DNA of 26,680 bases from Patescibacteria group bacterium (GCA_038058205.1 JBBUBO010000036.1:1-26680); one strand, 5' to 3'. Counted from the stretch's first letter, positions 1-7,661 are shown. The notes: generated by a model from the letters alone, not told the origin. Made by a program: numbers and translations.

Positions 1-2
1 TT

Positions 3-254
3 TTGAAAAAGGAAGAAGGCGGACGTCACACCCCTTTCTTCAAGGGTTACAAACCTCAATTCTACATTCGCACGACAGACGTTACGGGTGATGTCGCGCT
101 AGCTGAAGGCACAGAGATGGTTATGCCCGGAGACACAGTCAAGATTACTGTTAAATTAGTTACCCCTGTTGCCCTAGAAGAATCACAACGTTTTGCTATC
201 CGTGAAGGAGGCAAGACAGTGGGTGCCGGAGTGGTGACAAAGATTCTTGGTTAA
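3..254 (+). CDS. tuf: Elongation factor Tu, C-terminal fragment (gene starts before the window)
   Basis: [46 protein letters not shown] is the EF-Tu domain 3 signature; lies directly before rpsJ. Confidence 0.99.
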   Translation: MKKEEGGRHTPFFKGYKPQFYIRTTDVTGDVALAEGTEMVMPGDTVKITVKLVTPVALEESQRFAIREGGKTVGAGVVTKILG

Positions 255-287
255 TAGTTTGCGAAAATTGCCCTTTAAAATAAATTC

Positions 288-698
288 ATGACAACAGCAG
301 AGACAAAAATAAAGAAACCTAAAGCGGAAAAAGCTAAGAGAATAAAAATTCCCAAAGTGTCTCGAAAAAAGGTTGTCCGAGCCGAGAACGCAGAAGTTAT
401 TCTGCGTATTCGTGTGCGAGCATATGAAAGCAAGATTCTAGATAGTTCTGTTAAGCAGATTATGGACACAGCGATGCGTTATGATGCTGTCATTGTCGGA
501 CCTGTTCCATTGCCTACAGAAATAAAAAAATACACAGTCAATCGTTCTCCTTTTATTTACAAAAATACTCGGGAGCAATTTGAAATTCGTGTGCACAAAA
601 GATTGATAGATATTGTAAATCCAAACGCAAAAACCATTGAGTCTCTGACCAATTTGTCTCTGCCGTCTGGAGTCGATATTGATGTAAAAATGCTTTAA
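288..698 (+). CDS. rpsJ: 30S ribosomal protein S10 (uS10) with Lys-rich N-terminal extension
   Basis: LRIRVRAYESKILD..GPVPLPTE..TVNRSP..REQFEIRVHKRLIDI..LPSGVDI; first gene of the S10 cluster. Confidence 0.98.
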   Translation: MTTAETKIKKPKAEKAKRIKIPKVSRKKVVRAENAEVILRIRVRAYESKILDSSVKQIMDTAMRYDAVIVGPVPLPTEIKKYTVNRSPFIYKNTREQFEIRVHKRLIDIVNPNAKTIESLTNLSLPSGVDIDVKML

Positions 699-706
699 GT
701 GTAGGC

Positions 707-745
707 AAGAACGGTTCTTGGGAAAACTTCTTAAGAACCGTTCTT
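707..745. repeat. Palindromic element AAGAACGGTTCTT-N13-AAGAACCGTTCTT, copy 1
   Basis: Perfect 13-bp inverted repeat; near-identical copy at 20450-20489. Confidence 0.9.
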
Positions 746-752
746 AACAATT

Positions 753-1328
753 ATGAAATTTATTTTGGGAACAAAAGAAAATATGACGCAATATTTTTCC
801 GAAGCTGGAGAGTCTATCCCAGTAACTATTCTTTCCGTTCCTCCAGTGACGGTCACTAGAATCTTTGAGAAAGAAAAAGATGGTTACGATTCCGTGCAGG
901 TTTCTTTCGGCATAAAAAAGAAGAAAGGACAGAAAGAATTCAGATTAAAGCCTATTGACAAAACAGACGTAAAAGCTGGCGATGTTGTCGATGTTTCTGT
1001 TTTTACCCCCGGTGATTTGCTCCAAGTTTCTAGCATTTCCAAAGGTAAAGGTTTCCAAGGTGTCGTGAAGCGCCATGGTTTTTCTGGTGGCCCACGAACA
1101 CACGGACAAAAGCATTCCGAAAGAGAAGCCGGTAGTATCGGCGGAGGTTTGCGAACTCACGTTCCTAAAGGTATGAGAATGGCAGGACGAATGGGCTCTG
1201 ATCGTATTACGCAGAAAAATCTGAAAGTTATTTTTGTTGATAAAGAAAATAATGTAATGCTAATAAAAGGAGCATTAGCCGGTAAGCGTGGAACACTTGT
1301 CGAGATAGTATCTCGCCAAGAAATTTAA
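753..1328 (+). CDS. rplC: 50S ribosomal protein L3 (uL3), internally shortened
   Basis: ILGTKENMTQYF..DGYDSVQV..SKGKGFQGVVKRHGF..HG..REAGSIG..KGMRMAGRMG. Confidence 0.98.
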   Translation: MKFILGTKENMTQYFSEAGESIPVTILSVPPVTVTRIFEKEKDGYDSVQVSFGIKKKKGQKEFRLKPIDKTDVKAGDVVDVSVFTPGDLLQVSSISKGKGFQGVVKRHGFSGGPRTHGQKHSEREAGSIGGGLRTHVPKGMRMAGRMGSDRITQKNLKVIFVDKENNVMLIKGALAGKRGTLVEIVSRQEI

Positions 1329-1340
1329 AGATTTAAAAAC

Positions 1341-2000
1341 ATGGAAGTAAAAATTTACAATCAAAAAGGCACAGTTGAAGGGGAGATAACTCTCCCAGAG
1401 AAAGTTTTTGCTGCGAAATGGAGAAGCGATCTCGTGCATCAAGTCGTAGAAAGTATGCGCAGCAATAAACGCGCTGGCACAGCTGACACGAAAGACCGCG
1501 GTGAAGTTCGCGGTGGAGGCAAGAAGCCATGGAAACAAAAAGGGACAGGACGCGCTCGACATGGCTCTTCTAGGAGTCCGATCTGGATAGGTGGAGGGGT
1601 AACGCACGGTCCACTTACAGAGAAAAACTATAAGAGAAAAGTTTCAAAGAAAATGCGTGCGCAAGCTTTGTTTTCTGTTCTCTCTAGAAAACTTAAAGAT
1701 AATGAAATAATTTTTGTGAATACATTATCTTTGTCCGATACGAAAACAAAAGACGCTGTAAATGTGATGAAGAATTTGGCAAAAGCTTCCGGCTTTAAAG
1801 CTTTATCTACTTCTAAAAAATCAAAGGTTTTGACAGCTTTATTTGCAAGAAATGAAAAAACAGAAAAGAGTTTCCGAAATTTACCACAATTGGAAATAGT
1901 CTTTTTGAAAAATTTAAATCCACTTGATGTTTTGAATCATCAGTATCTTTTAATCGAAAATCCGGTCGAGGCTGTAAAATTTTTAGAATCCCGTGGGTAA
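1341..2000 (+). CDS. rplD: 50S ribosomal protein L4 (uL4)
   Basis: GTADTKDRGEVRGGGKKPWKQKGTGRARHGSSRSPIWIGGGVTHGP. Confidence 0.99.
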   Translation: MEVKIYNQKGTVEGEITLPEKVFAAKWRSDLVHQVVESMRSNKRAGTADTKDRGEVRGGGKKPWKQKGTGRARHGSSRSPIWIGGGVTHGPLTEKNYKRKVSKKMRAQALFSVLSRKLKDNEIIFVNTLSLSDTKTKDAVNVMKNLAKASGFKALSTSKKSKVLTALFARNEKTEKSFRNLPQLEIVFLKNLNPLDVLNHQYLLIENPVEAVKFLESRG

Positions 2001-2019
2001 TCGGGTGTTGGACACCCGA
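2001..2019. repeat. Short palindrome TCGGGTGT-TGG-ACACCCGA
   Basis: Perfect 8-bp stem directly after the rplD stop; shares the GGGTGT core with the array at 12175-12247. Confidence 0.6.
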
Positions 2020-2028
2020 AACAAATAT

Positions 2029-2301
2029 ATGACAACAACAATTATTAAAAACCCAAGAGTTACCGAAAAAGCATCATTCTCGCAAGAGCAAAATGTTTAC
2101 ACTTTTGATGTTTCTGCATCTGCCAACAAAACAGAAATAAAGAAAATAATTTTTGCGCTTTACAAAGTGAAGCCAATTAAAGTAAATGTTTTGTCAGTGC
2201 CAAAGAAAAATATTATGTCCAAGGGTAAAGCTGGAGTAAAAGGTGGAGGTAGAAAAGCTCTAGTATATTTAAAAAAGGGAGATAAAATAGAATTTATATA
2301 A
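2029..2301 (+). CDS. rplW: 50S ribosomal protein L23 (uL23)
   Basis: IIKNPRVTEKAS..VYTFDV..ANKTEIKK..KKALVYLKKGDKI; ATG at 2029 preferred over GTG at 1993, which overlaps rplD and the palindrome. Confidence 0.97.
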   Translation: MTTTIIKNPRVTEKASFSQEQNVYTFDVSASANKTEIKKIIFALYKVKPIKVNVLSVPKKNIMSKGKAGVKGGGRKALVYLKKGDKIEFI

Positions 2302-2303
2302 TT

Positions 2304-3143
2304 ATGAAAACCTATAAACCGACAAGTAAATCAAGGAGACAAATGACCAACGTGACCTACCGTGGTGTTTTGACTGCGACAACCCCACTCAAGTCTTTGA
2401 CTTATGGTTTCAAGCGTTCCGTCGGACGAAATAGCGCTGGACGCATAACAATGAGACATAAAGGTAGTGGACACAAGCGACTTTATCGCGATGTGGACTT
2501 TTTATATAACAAAAAAGATATTCCTGCGAAAATCACATCTATTGAATATGATCCAAATCGTTCAGCATTTATCGGACTCGCTGTTTATAAAGATGGCGAA
2601 AAGAGATACGTAGTTATTCCAAAATCCGTAAAAGCTGGAGATTCATTTTTGGTTTCTGAAAAAGCTCCATTAGCATCTGGAAACAGACTTCCTTTGAAAA
2701 ATATTCCAGTTGGAACATTTGTTTACAATGTTGAGATCAAACCAAGAGGTGGAGCAAAGATCGGCCGTTCGGCTGGAATCTTTGCGCAAGTTGTCGCAAA
2801 TGCTGATGGATACACAAATTTGAAAATGCCTTCAACAGAAATACGAAAAATAAATGAAAATTGCTGGGCTTGTGTCGGCACAGTATCAAACGAAGAACAT
2901 CATTTGGAAAATTATGGTAAAGCTGGACGCAGTCGCTGGAAGGGAATCAGACCAACTGTTCGTGGTACTGCCATGAACCCTGTGGACCATCCATACGGAG
3001 GAGGTGAAGGCAGACAAGGACGCGGAACTAAAAGACCTAAAACTATGTGGGGTAAAGTTACTGGTGGACGCAAATCTCGTACTCCTAAAAAATACTCAAA
3101 CGTGTTTATCGTCTCCCGCCGACGCACTGGTAAAAACAAGTAA
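2304..3143 (+). CDS. rplB: 50S ribosomal protein L2 (uL2)
   Basis: GRNSAGRITMRHKG..IEYDPNRSA..GKAGRSRWKGIRPTVRGTAMNPVDHPYGGGEG. Confidence 0.99.
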   Translation: MKTYKPTSKSRRQMTNVTYRGVLTATTPLKSLTYGFKRSVGRNSAGRITMRHKGSGHKRLYRDVDFLYNKKDIPAKITSIEYDPNRSAFIGLAVYKDGEKRYVVIPKSVKAGDSFLVSEKAPLASGNRLPLKNIPVGTFVYNVEIKPRGGAKIGRSAGIFAQVVANADGYTNLKMPSTEIRKINENCWACVGTVSNEEHHLENYGKAGRSRWKGIRPTVRGTAMNPVDHPYGGGEGRQGRGTKRPKTMWGKVTGGRKSRTPKKYSNVFIVSRRRTGKNK

Positions 3144-3146
3144 AAA

Positions 3147-3203
3147 GTTTCTTCTTTAGGCTTTGGCGGGCAGGCCCGTAGAAAGACTGGGAAGAATAAA
3201 TAA
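3147..3203 (+). pseudogene. Relic second copy of the rplB C-terminus (VS-[SLGFGGQA]-RRKTGKNK*)
   Basis: Same frame as rplB, starts 3 nt after its stop; repeats the real tail VSRRRTGKNK* with different synonymous codons plus a 24-nt GC-rich insert (3153-3176). Confidence 0.75.
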
Positions 3204-3204
3204 A

Positions 3205-3274
3205 AACCCTCTCCTGACCTCTCCCTTATCAGGGCGAGGAATATGTCCCTCTGATAAGGGGGATTTAGGGGGTT
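3205..3274. repeat. CCCTCTCC/AGGAGGG-family palindromic doublet (locus A)
   Basis: AACCCTCTCCTGACCTCTCCCTTATCAGGGCGAGG...CCCTCTGATAAGGGGGATTTAGGGGGTT; two units in inverted orientation. Confidence 0.8.
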
Positions 3275-3284
3275 GTATTTTAGA

Positions 3285-3312
3285 TTGTGTTTTTCTAAAT
3301 ATGTGTTACTCT
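3285..3312 (+). promoter_or_regulatory. Putative extended -10 promoter for the small basic ORF
   Basis: TG-T-TACTCT at 3304-3312; weak -35 TTGTGT at 3285-3290. Confidence 0.4.
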
Positions 3313-3398
3313 ACTAGGTAGACAACTTGCTCTTTTTTGCATCAGGGAGAAATACTCTCTGGTATGCAGGTTTAATTGTTTGGGGAGGTTTTACTCTT

Positions 3399-3605
3399 AT
3401 GTGTTGTCCTCGACGGAAGCAGGAGAGCAATAAGAATATCAAGGCACTCCGGAGAGAACTTCGGGGGTTACCGAAGAAAAAAAGGAAATCCAAACCCAAG
3501 GCCAAACAGCCGAATATCGGCGGGCTGTTGAACACCAAACAGCCGAAGATCACGGGGTCGAAGACCTTCAAGCCGAAGACCACTGCGGTCAGACTCGAGA
3601 GCTAG
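3399..3605 (+). CDS. Hypothetical 68-aa highly basic protein
   Basis: ATG 3399 preceded by GGGGAGG (3382-3388); 22 K/R versus 3 acidic residues; followed by a terminator hairpin. Confidence 0.6.
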   Translation: MCCPRRKQESNKNIKALRRELRGLPKKKRKSKPKAKQPNIGGLLNTKQPKITGSKTFKPKTTAVRLES

Positions 3606-3625
3606 CTCTCTTGATCCCTCGTACC

Positions 3626-3668
3626 ATCCGGACCACGACAATAGTCGAGGTCCGGATTCATTTTTATT
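3626..3668 (+). terminator. Rho-independent terminator
   Basis: ATCCGGACC-A-CGAC-AATA-GTCG-A-GGTCCGGAT followed by TCATTTTTTATTT. Confidence 0.75.
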
Positions 3669-3695
3669 TGACTTTTTACCCTTATTTGCTAATAT
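3668..3695 (+). promoter_or_regulatory. Internal sigma70-type promoter for rpsS onward
   Basis: TTGACT-16 nt-TAATAT with extended TG at 3687-3688; AGGAG SD before the rpsS ATG. Confidence 0.7.
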
Positions 3696-3724
3696 GAAAC
3701 CAAGCTCGTTAGGAGCTATTTTTT

Positions 3725-4078
3725 ATGACACGATCACTCAAAAAAGGAATAAACATTGATGAAAGACTACTTAAAAAGATAGTAGGTAAAAATCCGTTGC
3801 AAACTCCTACTATTAAGACATGGAAAAGAGCCTGCGTTATTTCTCCCGAAATGCTCGGTTTTACTTTTGGTGTTTATAATGGAAAAGTCCATGTGGATGT
3901 TTTAGTTACTGAAGATATGGTGGGACACAGACTTGGTGAATTTTCTCCAACAAAGAAATTTATGAAACACGGTGGTAAGATGCAGAAAGAACTCGAACAA
4001 AAGAAGAAGGAAGCAGAAATAACTGCAGCAAAGGGCGCGACAACGGCTACAGCTGACGCCAAAGGCGCAAAGAAATAA
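3725..4078 (+). CDS. rpsS: 30S ribosomal protein S19 (uS19) with C-terminal extension
   Basis: MTRSLKKG..IKTWKRACVISPEMLGFTFGVYNGK..MVGHRLGEFSPTK. Confidence 0.99.
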   Translation: MTRSLKKGINIDERLLKKIVGKNPLQTPTIKTWKRACVISPEMLGFTFGVYNGKVHVDVLVTEDMVGHRLGEFSPTKKFMKHGGKMQKELEQKKKEAEITAAKGATTATADAKGAKK

Positions 4079-4080
4079 TC

Positions 4081-4112
4081 ACCACCCCTAACCCCTCCTC
4101 AACAAGGAGGGG
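4081..4112 (+). repeat. CCCTCTCC/AGGAGGG-family single unit (locus B)
   Basis: ACCACCCCTAA-CCCCTCCT-CAACA-AGGAGGGG, perfect 8-bp stem. Confidence 0.8.
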
Positions 4113-4130
4113 AGGAAAATAAAAAACAAC

Positions 4131-4505
4131 ATGAAAGCTTTTTTAAAAAATTACAGACAGGCTCCAAGAAAAGTTCGCTTAGTGGCTGGACTCATCCGAG
4201 GAAAGAAAGTTGAAGAAGCTATCGTGGAGCTTGATTTTTTGGCGAAGCGCGCAGGATTACCTTTGAAGAAGCTTTTACTTTCTGCTGTTTCTAATGCAAA
4301 GCAAATGGGTATAGAAAAAGAAAATTTATTTATAAAAGAATTACGCGTAGATAAAGGCATAACGATGAAGAGGATGATGCCGGCTGCGATGGGTAGCGGA
4401 CACAGGATAAACAAGCGCACGAGTCACCTAACGCTTTCTCTTGGAGAGAAAGCTTCAATTACGAATGATCAATTAAAAATTAAGAAAAAAATTCGTAAAT
4501 CGTAA
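4131..4505 (+). CDS. rplV: 50S ribosomal protein L22 (uL22)
   Basis: RQAPRKVRLVAGLIRGKKVEEA..LLSAVSNA..RINKRTSHLT. Confidence 0.99.
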   Translation: MKAFLKNYRQAPRKVRLVAGLIRGKKVEEAIVELDFLAKRAGLPLKKLLLSAVSNAKQMGIEKENLFIKELRVDKGITMKRMMPAAMGSGHRINKRTSHLTLSLGEKASITNDQLKIKKKIRKS

Positions 4506-4521
4506 TTGTTAATTCGTAATT
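4457..4521. repeat. Heptamer-periodic AATTACG/ATTCGTA inverted array, overlapping the rplV 3' end
   Basis: aattacg aatgatc aattaaa aattaag ... attcgta aatcgta attgtta attcgta; related arrays at 7969-8039 and 22972-23030. Confidence 0.7.
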
Positions 4522-4528
4522 ATATTAT

Positions 4529-5272
4529 ATGTCAAAAATAGTTCATCCATATGCACATAGATTGATAATGCTTCGAGACTGGAAAAGTCGCTGGTTCGCT
4601 GATCCTAAAAAATACGTCGCTTATTTAAAGGGTGATGTTTTGATCCGTGAATATTTGGAAAAGAAATTGCGCGGAATGTACATCTCTACGATTGAAATAG
4701 AACGAAGCCGAAAGGCTACTCGATTTATCATTCGCACTTCTCGCCCGGGACTTATCATCGGCAGAAATGGTGAAGGCGCAACGAAGCTCAAAGAAGATAT
4801 TTTGAAAAAGATGGACAAGCTTGATATACCAAAGCCGGAAGATTTCAAGCTTGAAATCGTGGAAGTTACAAACCCGGAAGCGGACGCGGCTATCGTTGCT
4901 TATATGATCGCGGAAGGTTTGGAAAAGAGAATGCCTTATCGTCGTGTTATCAAAACAATTATTGAAAAGGTTATGGCGGCGCGAGGTGTGCAAGGAGCCC
5001 GAATAGTTTTGGGTGGACGACTCGGCGGAGCAGACATTGCTCGTACGGAAGAGCTCAAGAGGGGATCCGTCCCTCTCCAGAGTTTCCGCGCGGACATTGA
5101 TTTTAAGCGCGAGCGCGCGACTTTGTCGTATGGTGTTATCGGCATCAAGGTTTGGATTTATCGAGGCAAGATTTTTACTGATAAAAAAGTTTCCCATGGA
5201 TCTTTTGGTACAAATGACGCTGGTGGCAGAGAAACTTCTATCAATAATAAAAAAGCGGTAAAAATGGATTAA
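4529..5272 (+). CDS. rpsC: 30S ribosomal protein S3 (uS3)
   Basis: MSKIVHPYAHRL..IEIER..RPGLIIGRNG..GRLGGADIARTE..GSVPLQSFRADIDF..YGVIGIKVWIY. Confidence 0.99.
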   Translation: MSKIVHPYAHRLIMLRDWKSRWFADPKKYVAYLKGDVLIREYLEKKLRGMYISTIEIERSRKATRFIIRTSRPGLIIGRNGEGATKLKEDILKKMDKLDIPKPEDFKLEIVEVTNPEADAAIVAYMIAEGLEKRMPYRRVIKTIIEKVMAARGVQGARIVLGGRLGGADIARTEELKRGSVPLQSFRADIDFKRERATLSYGVIGIKVWIYRGKIFTDKKVSHGSFGTNDAGGRETSINNKKAVKMD

Positions 5273-5276
5273 ATTT

Positions 5277-5705
5277 ATGTTAGTGCCCAAAAAAGTAAAA
5301 TTTAGAAAATGGCAGACTGGACGCAATAATCCGAAATCAAGATCTCCAGATACTCGTGGGTCTAAACTCGCTTTTGGTTCTTATGGACTCAAATCTCTTT
5401 CACAGGCGCGTGTAAAATCTATACAAATCGAATCTGCCCGAAAGGTTATTTCTCGTACTTTGACCAAAGCTGGTAAATACTGGATTCGTATTTTTCCAGA
5501 TCGACCCTATACCGCCAAAGCTGCAGAAGTGGGCATGGGAAAGGGAAAAGGAGATCCTCAAGGATACTGTTTTGACGTTTTTCCGGGGCGCTTAATCTTT
5601 GAAGTAGATGGTGTGGATGAAAAGATCGCGCATGAAGCTTTGAGAAAAGCCGGTACAAAACTTCCGCTCAAGACGAGGATTATCAGCCGAGCTCACAATG
5701 AGTAG
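5277..5705 (+). CDS. rplP: 50S ribosomal protein L16 (uL16)
   Basis: MLVPKKVKFRKWQ..FGSYGLK..QIESARK..WIRIFPDRPYTAKAAEVGMGKGKG. Confidence 0.99.
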   Translation: MLVPKKVKFRKWQTGRNNPKSRSPDTRGSKLAFGSYGLKSLSQARVKSIQIESARKVISRTLTKAGKYWIRIFPDRPYTAKAAEVGMGKGKGDPQGYCFDVFPGRLIFEVDGVDEKIAHEALRKAGTKLPLKTRIISRAHNE

Positions 5706-5742
5706 AATTAGTTAAAAGTTATAAAGTAGAAAGCTATAAAGT

Positions 5743-5937
5743 ATGAAAAAAGGAAAAGAAAATTCAAAAATATCAGAAAATGATTTGAGTAAAAAATTGG
5801 TTACTTTGCGTGAAGAAGTGAGAGTTATTAGATTTAAGGCGGAGGGTTCTAAATCAAAAAACGTCAAAGAAACGGCTACTTTGAAAAAAGAAATTGCGCG
5901 AGTTTTGACAGAAATGAATAAAAATAATAATAAATAG
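5743..5937 (+). CDS. rpmC: 50S ribosomal protein L29 (uL29)
   Basis: Position between rplP and rpsQ; [19 protein letters not shown]. Confidence 0.93.
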   Translation: MKKGKENSKISENDLSKKLVTLREEVRVIRFKAEGSKSKNVKETATLKKEIARVLTEMNKNNNK

Positions 5938-5939
5938 TT

Positions 5940-6233
5940 ATGAAAACAAAAAAAGAAACAAACAAAAAAGAAAAAGTTGGCAATATTTTAAAGGGTGTGG
6001 TTGTTTCCGACAAGATGGACAAGACCATTGTTGTAACTGTGTCCAGATTTGTGAAACATCCGCTTTATGGAAAATTTTATAAAATTAGCAAGAAATATAA
6101 AGTTCACGATGAAGGCAATAAGTATAAGATAGGGGATGAAGTTGAAATAGTAGAGACGAAGCCTCTTTCTAAAGATAAAAGATTTTCCGTCCTAGACGGA
6201 TCCGCCTTTGGCGGAAAAGTTAATAATAAATAA
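5940..6233 (+). CDS. rpsQ: 30S ribosomal protein S17 (uS17)
   Basis: [49 protein letters not shown]. Confidence 0.99.
   Translation: MKTKKETNKKEKVGNILKGVVVSDKMDKTIVVTVSRFVKHPLYGKFYKISKKYKVHDEGNKYKIGDEVEIVETKPLSKDKRFSVLDGSAFGGKVNNK
6186..6215. repeat. Tandem 15-nt hairpins in-frame inside rpsQ
   Basis: TCCGTC-CTA-GACGGA then TCCGCC-TTT-GGCGGA; exactly 10 codons ([10 protein letters not shown]). Confidence 0.8.
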
Positions 6234-6234
6234 T

Positions 6235-6606
6235 ATGATACAAAACGAAACATTAGTAAAAATAACAGATAATGCTGGAGGCACCGTCGGGAAGGTGTTC
6301 AAGATTTTAGGCTCTTCCAAAAAGAGATACGCTACGCTGGGCGAGATCGTAATTATTTCTGTCAAAGTTGCTAGCCCACGAAAAGCAGTGAAAAAGAAAG
6401 ACGTGCATCACGCCGTAGTCGTTCGCACTCGAGGCGCTTATCGCCGAGCTGATGGTTCTTACATTCGTTTTGACGACAACGCCGTGGTGTTGCTCGAAAA
6501 GGGAAAATTAGATCCGAAAGCTGGACGTGTCTTCGGGCCAATCCCCCGAGAGCTTGCAGAAAAAGGTTTTCAGAAAATAATTTCACTTGCACAGGAGGTC
6601 ATTTAA
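6235..6606 (+). CDS. rplN: 50S ribosomal protein L14 (uL14)
   Basis: MIQNETLVKITDNAGG..AVVVRTR..DGSYIRFDDNAVVLL..RVFGPIPREL. Confidence 0.99.
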   Translation: MIQNETLVKITDNAGGTVGKVFKILGSSKKRYATLGEIVIISVKVASPRKAVKKKDVHHAVVVRTRGAYRRADGSYIRFDDNAVVLLEKGKLDPKAGRVFGPIPRELAEKGFQKIISLAQEVI

Positions 6607-6616
6607 AAAAAGTCGA

Positions 6617-6651
6617 CCCCGAAGGAAAGCAAAGCTTCCTACGGGGCAGGC
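6617..6651. repeat. GC-rich palindrome with GGGCAGGC tail
   Basis: CCCCG-A-AGGAA-N8-TTCCT-A-CGGGG-CAGGC; GGGCAGGC also at 3168-3175 and reverse-complemented at 7599-7606. Confidence 0.6.
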
Positions 6652-6674
6652 AATATAATAATAAGAATTAATTT

Positions 6675-6980
6675 ATGAAGTTAAAAAAGAATGATAATGT
6701 GATAGTAATAACTGGAAAGGATAAAGGCAAGAAAGGAAAAATTGCCCATGTTTTGGTTGCAGAGAACAAGGTAGTTGTAGAAGGTTTGAATATGATGAAG
6801 AAACATCAGCGCCCTCGCAAGTCCGGTGAAAAAGGCCGAATGGAAGACAGAGCAATGCCGATACATGCTTCAAATGTGATGATGGTAGATCCTAAATCAG
6901 GTAAACAAACACGCTTGGGAAAAAAGAAAATCGGCGATAAAATGGTTCGAATCGCGCGCAAGAGTAATCAGGAAGTTTAA
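6675..6980 (+). CDS. rplX: 50S ribosomal protein L24 (uL24)
   Basis: KOW motif DNVIVITGKDKGKKGKI; VVVEGLN; PIHASNVM. Confidence 0.99.
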   Translation: MKLKKNDNVIVITGKDKGKKGKIAHVLVAENKVVVEGLNMMKKHQRPRKSGEKGRMEDRAMPIHASNVMMVDPKSGKQTRLGKKKIGDKMVRIARKSNQEV

Positions 6981-6984
6981 ATCT

Positions 6985-7554
6985 ATGGCTAAACATTTAA
7001 CGGTAAAAGAAAAAGAAATACAAGTATTTGAAAAAATGAAAAGTTTTTTCAATTATAAAAACCTGATGGCTGCTCCAAAGATGAAAAAAGTTGTCATTAA
7101 TACTGGCACAGGTACAGCTATCAAAAAAGACAAAAACAAGAATGATGCCATAATCGAGCGCTTGGCTAAAATAACTGGACAAAAAGGGGCATTGAAAGGC
7201 GCAAAGCAATCCATCGCTTCTTTTAAAATTCGCCAAGGTGATCCGATTGGTATCGTGGTGACTTTGCGTGGAGCTCGAATGTATGCTTTCTTAGAGAAGC
7301 TTATCAACGTTGCTCTGCCTCGTACAAAAGATTTCCGAGGCATCAATCGCACTGCAGTAGACAACATCGGAAACTTAACTATCGGCGTCAAAGAGCACAC
7401 TATTTTCCCAGAAACAGCTGATGAAGATATTCGCGATGTTTTTGGTCTAGCTATCACTCTTGTTTCTACTGCTAAAAACAAAAGAGAAGGACTAGAATTC
7501 TTTGAACTCTTAGGTATTCCTTTTAAGAAAGAAGAAGAAAATAAAAAGAAGTAA
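6985..7554 (+). CDS. rplE: 50S ribosomal protein L5 (uL5)
   Basis: APKMKKVVINTG..ITGQK..AKQSIASFKIRQG..VTLRG..ALPRTKDFRGI..GNLTIGVKEHTIFPE. Confidence 0.99.
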   Translation: MAKHLTVKEKEIQVFEKMKSFFNYKNLMAAPKMKKVVINTGTGTAIKKDKNKNDAIIERLAKITGQKGALKGAKQSIASFKIRQGDPIGIVVTLRGARMYAFLEKLINVALPRTKDFRGINRTAVDNIGNLTIGVKEHTIFPETADEDIRDVFGLAITLVSTAKNKREGLEFFELLGIPFKKEEENKKK

Positions 7555-7583
7555 TTGACTTATGGGGTTTTATTTGCTAGTAT
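7555..7583 (+). promoter_or_regulatory. Internal sigma70-type promoter for rpsN onward
   Basis: TTGACT-17 nt-TAGTAT with extended TG at 7575-7576, directly after the rplE stop. Confidence 0.65.
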
Positions 7584-7598
7584 TCTCAATAAGGGAAT

Positions 7599-7618
7599 GC
7601 CTGCCCGCCTATGGCGGG
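7599..7618. repeat. GC-rich palindrome GCCTG-CCCGCC-TAT-GGCGGG
   Basis: Perfect 6-bp stem; same CCGCC-N3-GGCGG core as the rpsQ insert. Confidence 0.65.
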
Positions 7619-7661
7619 TAAACTTTAAGCAATCCATTTTTCTCCTTTAGATTCAATCTTT

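Noticed and set aside
3144-3724. Group I/II intron or RNase P RNA in the rplB-rpsS gap
   Set aside because: rplB and rpsS are both intact, and I see no intron core motifs, domain V or RNase P GAGGAAAGUCC signature.
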